Below are positions 57,903 through 64,000 of a DNA stretch of 64,000 nt, one piece after another. Made by a program: the position numbers and the translations under genes. A model generated the notes under the pieces. It was not told the DNA's origin, ran no database searches, and saw only the letters and a list, made by a program, of their open reading frames with translations. Every line of letters starts with the position of its first letter. Position 1 is the first letter of the stretch. The DNA comes from Octopus vulgaris (taxonomy: Eukaryota), in the NCBI GenBank assembly GCA_951406725.2, contig OX597827.1, positions 25,296,001 to 25,360,000 on the forward strand. Direction: 5' to 3'.

Positions 57903-59607
57903 TTTCAAAAAGGTAACACAAAAGGAGAAAAAAAAGGGGACTCTCTACACCCCTTTTTTGACCAGGCTCCCGTTGGCTTTTGTGGGGTTTTTTCCACCAG
58001 GAACCTTTCGAAACGTCTCCCCCTTTTGGGAGTTTTTCATTGTTGAATTTTATAAGTTGTTATAAAGATTTTTACTCGATGTTTTTAAAAAAACGGCAAA
58101 ACCCTTTGTAACCTTTCGTCCTGTCTTGTCCCTTTATGTAATCATGCGTGTCAGCCCTTGTGGCCAATAAAAAAGAATTGATTATTATTATTATTATTAT
58201 TATTATTGTTATTGAGGGTGTTAGGTTGATTAGAATGATTAGAACTTGGGACAAAATGTTACATGTTATTTGTTCCAGCACTTTACAATTCTGAATTCAA
58301 ATCCCACCTAGATCAACTTTGCCTTCCTTTCCATCCGTGGCCAATATAATAAAAGTATCCGTTAAGTATAGGGCACAATACAATCGATTATTCCCCTCCC
58401 CTGAATGTCAGGCTTGGGTTTGGAATTGCATGTTAGCACACATCTGGTGTCGCTAACGTGACTTCAAACGTTGTTACTGAATTTTCTATTTTTGTCGAAT
58501 TGATGTGATATTAGGAGCTGTAAAGTTGTTTGTGTTATAACAGCAGCGATATTAGATATTAATGAAGTAGTTTATAATATTGTATATTAGATGTAGGCTA
58601 AGCAGTGATGTATTAAATAAGCTAGGGGCATTTATATTCAAGACATTTGTATGTACTCACCGTATAAAAGACCATTGTTGCGAAAAGTCTATTAGGAGAG
58701 AAATTCTCCTTTCAGACAATGTGTGAAATCACATCGCGTTGGTCCATGAAAGACGTCATCTGACTACAGCATTCGCAGATCACAAATATATCATTACGAA
58801 CGTATTAAGTATAACAGTACACAGTTCTATCTTAATCCTCTCTGCTTAGCGCGTCTTTTATTAATTATTTCCAGTTTCACAAAGTTTTGCGTACAACTGG
58901 AAATTTATAATTCGTTGCTCAAACATAACTATTGAAGTACTTAGCAGGCTTTGAGCGGCGGATTTTTGCGAGTTGCTGCTGAGGTGTAGCTACATAGAAG
59001 GCATTAGGAGGAATGAAGCTGTGTTTTTTTTACCTGTACTTTATATCTAGCTGTTGCCATGTAACTTTCACCATCCGCGGTAGGTTGAATACAGTTCAGT
59101 TGTCTATGCTTAGGTAGAATTCTCGTATATATATATATATATCCAAGCTCTCAGTCCTAAGGTATCGATTTCATTGCTAAATCATTAATAAATCAATTAT
59201 AGATAAAAAAAAACACACATTAACAATATTAGCGAATTCTAACCTAGCTCTAGGTAAGAGTGAAAAATCAAAGGAAAAAACCTTGAAAAATTTATTTGTT
59301 AAAATGCGTAAAATAAACACACAGTACGAAAACGAAGTACTTGAATAGGAAATTCTTTTTAAATTGATGTTAAACCTTTTATTTCTAAAATAACAAGTAT
59401 TTGAACTGCGATTTCATAGGGTTTATGACTTGAAATTAAGTGTGTTTCATCTCTTCGATGTTTTAAGAGTTCACCATTTTGGAGTGATACTAATGTATTG
59501 AGCGTGAAGGGGTTAAAGTTGCAATTTCTTTCGGCAGAAGGATTTGAACTGATTGTGCAGAGAAACGAAACGACTATGCCTGTACTCATATTCGCTTGCC
59601 CACGCAT

Positions 59608-59685
<78 letters not shown>

Positions 59686-59689
59686 GTAA

Positions 59690-60145
59690 ACAGTAAAAAT
59701 AATTACAGACATGGACAAGAACATGAAACGCCACAGAGACGACACAAGAACCACAGGACGGGACATTCGAAGCCCTCAGTCATCAGTCAAGAACCAGATC
59801 ATCTTAGCAATTTCGGCTGATTAATCTTGAGATTGCTCCGATATGGGCAGCCCGCCAAGGGAAATCTAAGCCAAGCGCATTAGATCCCCTGGAAGAAAGC
59901 TTCGAATGTATACAACACGAGGACGGAAAACGAACGAAGTACACGAACAAAAATACAGAATACGTGACACCAATAAAAATACAAAAACGTAAAAACAATA
60001 ACGGTAAAAATAAAAAATAAACAACAAAACAAAACCAGGACGTAGGACAAGGGTCTTTCGACAGGACGAGTTGAGTATGGGGCTGGCTTATGAAGTTGTG
60101 CCTAATGGCCGCAGGGAGACGAACAAATACGTGTTGCTTCGGCGG

Positions 60146-60150
<5 letters not shown>
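59690..60150. mobile_element. TA-flanked interspersed repeat fragment (possibly Penelope-like)
   Basis: Complex ~450-bp segment between (TA)n runs; composition similar to the 41.1-41.8 kb unit. Class is a guess. Confidence 0.35.
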
Positions 60151-60199
<49 letters not shown>

Positions 60200-60245
60200 C
60201 AACAATTGAGGGTAAAATTAATTAATTATTAATCAATTTCACCAA

Positions 60246-60286
<41 letters not shown>

Positions 60287-60367
60287 CATACATATATATA
60301 TATGCACTCATAAATATATTCTTACGTATCCACACACACACACACGTACGCATACATACGTAAATGC

Positions 60368-60426
<59 letters not shown>

Positions 60427-61285
60427 TACATACATATACATATATATATACATTATTTTTTAACCTTAATCGTTTGTATACGACCCATATTTTTCACTAT
60501 TACATATATGATTCAATTTTTGGAAAGCTTTCTCGAAATATGAAACATATTTTTTGAAAATAATAATAAAACGACTCTCTCCCTCTCTCTTCCTCTCTGT
60601 CTCCTTTTCTTCCTTCTCTGTTTCTCTGTCAAATAATAATAATGATAATAAATAAATGAAAGGAAAAAACCAAACGAAATAAAAAACAGGGAATAAAATA
60701 TGAAGCCACGTAAAATTGCTTTCATCTTCGAAATACACATTTATTGATTTTTCATTATTTTGTAATATTGAATATTTGAGGAACACTGAATTAAAGTTGC
60801 AATGTTCTTACAGACTTTTAAATGAAAAACGCCATTCGATCGTAAAGTTTCCAGGTAAACAATATTATTAATGTTGGAAGTGAGGGGAAATAAATATAAA
60901 ATTAATAAATAACATATCGACAGGAAATGCTCTTCTCTGTGCAGAATATTTTTTAAATTTATGTATTTATGAAATACTTTTCATTTATCAAATGTATTTG
61001 ATCTCGTTTTAATAGCAAAGGTTTAGTTATTCAGCTCAGACCGACTGCGCGGTTTTGTTAAGGAAGTCTTACGTGAAAAACTGCGAAAGGATTGTTGGTT
61101 CCCTTAGGAATTATTCCTCTAAGACAACCTTAAATGCTTTACCAATAGCCTACTATTCTGATGTAGAAAATATTAATGAGAGCATGCATAATTAATTTGG
61201 GATATATATATATATATAAATAATATACATATACACACACACACATTTATATATACACATACATACACATATCGACACACACGCA

Positions 61286-61337
<52 letters not shown>

Positions 61338-61347
61338 GGGGCTGGCC

Positions 61348-61502
61348 TAGCTGTGTGATGAGAAGCTTGCTTCCCAACCACATGGTTTCCGGTTCAGTCC
61401 CACTGCACGGCACCTTCGGCTAGATTCTTCTACTATAGCCTCGGACCGACCAAAGCCTTGTGAGTGGATTTGGTAGACGGAAACGGAAAGAATCCCGTCG
61501 TA

Positions 61503-61571
<69 letters not shown>

Positions 61572-61757
61572 TTGTCCCCCAACATCGCTTGACAACCGAT
61601 GCTGGTGTGTTTACGTCCCCGTAACTTAACGGTTCGGCAAAAAGAGACCGATAGAATAAGTACTAGGCTTACAAAGAATAAGTCATGGGGTCGATTTATT
61701 CGACTAAAGGTGGTGGTCCATCATGGCCGCAGTCAAATGACTGAAACAAATAAAGGA
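61348..61757 (+). mobile_element. SINE family B with internal (TA)n
   Basis: Head gctgtgtgatgagaagcttgcttcccaacc..., tail catggccgcagtcaaatgactgaaacaaataaagg. Confidence 0.92.
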
Positions 61758-61871
61758 GTCTATATATACACACACGCACGCACACACACACATATATATA
61801 TATATATAAATATATATATATTAGAATGTTAAGCTACTTCTGCACCGCGCAAATATAACAAATTTGAATAT

Positions 61872-62170
61872 GAGGGCCCGTGGCCTAGTGGTTAGGGTGT
61901 TCGGCTCACTATCGTAGAGTCATGAGCTCGATACTCGGCGGCGCCAAGTGCTCTTGTACAACGCATTTTATTGCAGTCCTCTCAGAAGGTGAAAATATGT
62001 TGTCCCTGTAATTAAAAGGGCCAGCCTTGTCACATTCTGTGTCATACTAAATATCCCCGAGAACTACGTTGAGAGTACACGTGTCTGTGGAGAATGTTAT
62101 TTTCCTGAGCAGTCTGTTTGATTGGTCAGATCAACTGGAACATACGCAGTCATAAACGAAGGAGCGCCAG
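61872..62170 (+). mobile_element. SINE family D-related copy
   Basis: tggcctagtggttagg head; aaagggccagccttgtcacattctgtgtc...gagaactacgttgagagtacacgtgtctgtggag as at 33187-33265. Confidence 0.8.
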
Positions 62171-62373
62171 TTATGTTTACTGGCGGGACCCGTAAATATT
62201 TCATGGAATTAATGGTAAACTTATTGGGTTATTTCTGGAAACTGTGTTGTGCTTGTATCAAAAGATAGTCGCTCATCTGCTATTCATTGAAAAATGAAGG
62301 AAGCTGGAATAAGGTGATTGATTAATGCACTTTATATATACAATTTAGATACTTTATGCACAGTTTTATAGAC

Positions 62374-63419
62374 TTAGTACACAGCAGCACTCTTCCTATT
62401 TCCTATATCCCTGTGCAAACACAATCTGTCTCGCTGGGAATAGCGGAAGATTTGGGGATTCCTTGTTTGAGATATTGCTGGTTGTGGTGTTGTTGTAATA
62501 GAGTATGTATTATGGTGGTTGCTGTTGTAGTTTGTGGGGATAGAGCGTTTTGTTCCAGGTAAATGGGTGAATTTGCAGTCTCTATCAGTGCATAATCTAT
62601 GGCGAAGAGAATATCGGCAAATGATGGGGTTTCGAGTGGGTATGTAGGTGCGTGTGTGAGTTGTGAGAGGTGTAGATGATAGTTTGTTGAGGTTTTGGCG
62701 ACCTTTGTGACCTGTAGGAGGTAAACTCTTTGAGACAGCATTAGTAGTAGTAGTAGTTGTAGTAGTAGTAGTAGGCAGAAGAGATGTTGACAGTGATGAT
62801 GATTGAGGAGGTCGATTCCATGAGATAGCGGTAGACAAAGATGTTTGTGGATACATAGTGGGAGTAGTACTAGTAGAAGTAAGCAGAGGAGATGATGTTG
62901 ACAGTGATGATGATTGAGCTGCTGGGGCAGTGAAAGGAAGGGGTGGTGCTTCCTGCTGTGTGACCCTGATGACTGGGGGGGGTCAATCGTTTCGTTTAGC
63001 AAATCGGCCATTGTAGATGAATCAAGGAGTGGTTCATACTGTTGTTGTTGCCGCTGAGGTTGTTGCTGCTGAAGTTGTTGTTGTTGTTGTTGCTGTAGCT
63101 GTTGTTGTTGTTGTTGCCGCTGAGTTTGTTGTTGAGGTTGTTGTTGTTGTTGTTGCGCCAGTGATGCATTCAAAAAGAAAACACATCTCAGTTTATCGAA
63201 GTGTTTATTTATTAAGTTAAAAGCAACTTCGATTTGGTTTAATTTATTTTGTATCTACTGTTCAGATCGAGTTTGCAAAAGGTGAACTGTTCGTTTAGCA
63301 ATTTCGTTCAGACACGAAGCACCTATGCTCTCTATTTGGGTAAGGCAATGCCATGTGTTGATAAGAACGTCGATTTCATTATCAGACCAGTTTTTGTTGG
63401 ATTTTTGGTGGCTAGCCAT
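62374..63419 (-). pseudogene. Interrupted ORF: Myb/SANT-like N-terminus, polyQ, S/T-rich repeats, CCCH zinc finger
   Basis: ATG 63419: MASHQKSNKNWSDNEIDVLINTW...EIAKR...RSEQ*IQNKL (TAG at 63257-63255), in frame with track ORF 62403-63173; a shift at the C8 run (62975-62982) enters the frame with CRYSLRHRLCTDRDCKFTHLPGTKR. Confidence 0.65.
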
Positions 63420-63844
63420 TCTGGTGGATATGTTTTATTAAATTTTATTTTGTTCGTTTGTTTTGTTGATTACTTTTATTTTTTTTAAAAGAAGTATGTA
63501 GAATAGATTGTACAGAATGTTTGCTGTAATACTGAGAAATTTGTATTTGAATTATGAGCTTGCAGTTATTTTATCTTTCTTTTCTTTTCTTTTCTTTTTT
63601 TCGCTCTTTTTCTAATTTTTAATGTGTGGGTGATCCTTTAGTTATCAGAAGGTGTTGACGAAGTGTATATATAAATAAATACTCTCTCATAGGAGTGTGT
63701 GGTTTTGTTTATTTGGTCGTTTGAAATTTATGAAAATAATTTGTAGTTAAAGAAAAGTCTACTCACGAGTTGGGAAAACGCGTGGTTTCAAATATACAGG
63801 AATATATGTGATGGTCAATTTCGATTGTAGCTGTGAAGCTTGCT

Positions 63845-63885
63845 GCTGATCGGCGCGGAGAGGAGTAAAAACACGTCTTTATACT
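63845..63885 (-). promoter_or_regulatory. Possible TATA box/initiator upstream of the Myb/SANT ORF
   Basis: Minus-strand TATAAAG at 63883-63877 with a GC-rich spacer and ATCAGC about 33-36 nt downstream, slightly longer than canonical spacing. Confidence 0.25.
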
Positions 63886-64000
63886 TCAGCAATCAGTGTG
63901 TATATATGTATGTATGTTTATATGTGGAACTTACACACAAGGTACAGGAAACTTATATGTATACCATTCTGCCTAAATAATGATATGGCAGATGCAATAT

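Larger units (their letters stand above)
52335..58179 (+). mobile_element. Near-full-length Tx1-clade (L1-like) LINE embedded in (ATT)n
   Basis: 5' UTR, ORF1, ORF2 and 3' UTR with aataaa; (ATT)n directly on both sides. Confidence 0.95.

Noticed and set aside
59765-59845. Hammerhead-like words on the minus strand (ctgatga; gccgaaattgc)
   Set aside because: The order and stems do not assemble into a valid core.
62403-62970. His/Cys/Leu-rich C-terminal half of the 256-aa track ORF as a membrane protein
   Set aside because: Probably the off-frame reading of S/T repeats; the alternative frame holds the CCCH finger.

Overview
AT-rich, microsatellite-dense eukaryotic DNA with one 100-N gap (34971-35070). 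The repeat content looks octopus/cephalopod-like, which is an inference from recalled SINE families and not a database result. I can support no intact host gene, and most track ORFs are microsatellite read-throughs. Contents: (i) a near-full-length Tx1-clade LINE (52335-58179, +), a 3' fragment of a relative, and an old decayed copy (about 330-3090); (ii) several 5'-truncated R4/Dong-clade RLE retrotransposons (-) nested in the same (ATT/TAA)n array (46.1-58.2 kb); (iii) a 560-bp non-coding TAA-embedded element sharing the Dong 3' motif; (iv) many tRNA-derived SINEs, one family ending in a Tx1-like tail; (v) TA-flanked fold-back structures with type I hammerhead ribozyme motifs: two canonical copies in a ~385-bp-arm palindrome (24.4-25.2 kb) and a G3:C8 core-swap variant closed by a ~140-bp stem (40.2-40.5 kb); (vi) hAT/foldback DNA elements; (vii) an interrupted Myb/SANT-polyQ-CCCH ORF (63419-62374, -). 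The best leads are the hammerhead fold-backs and the TAA/ATT community of two LINE clades in opposite polarity, each with an apparent non-autonomous partner. All alignments were done by eye and repeat boundaries are approximate.
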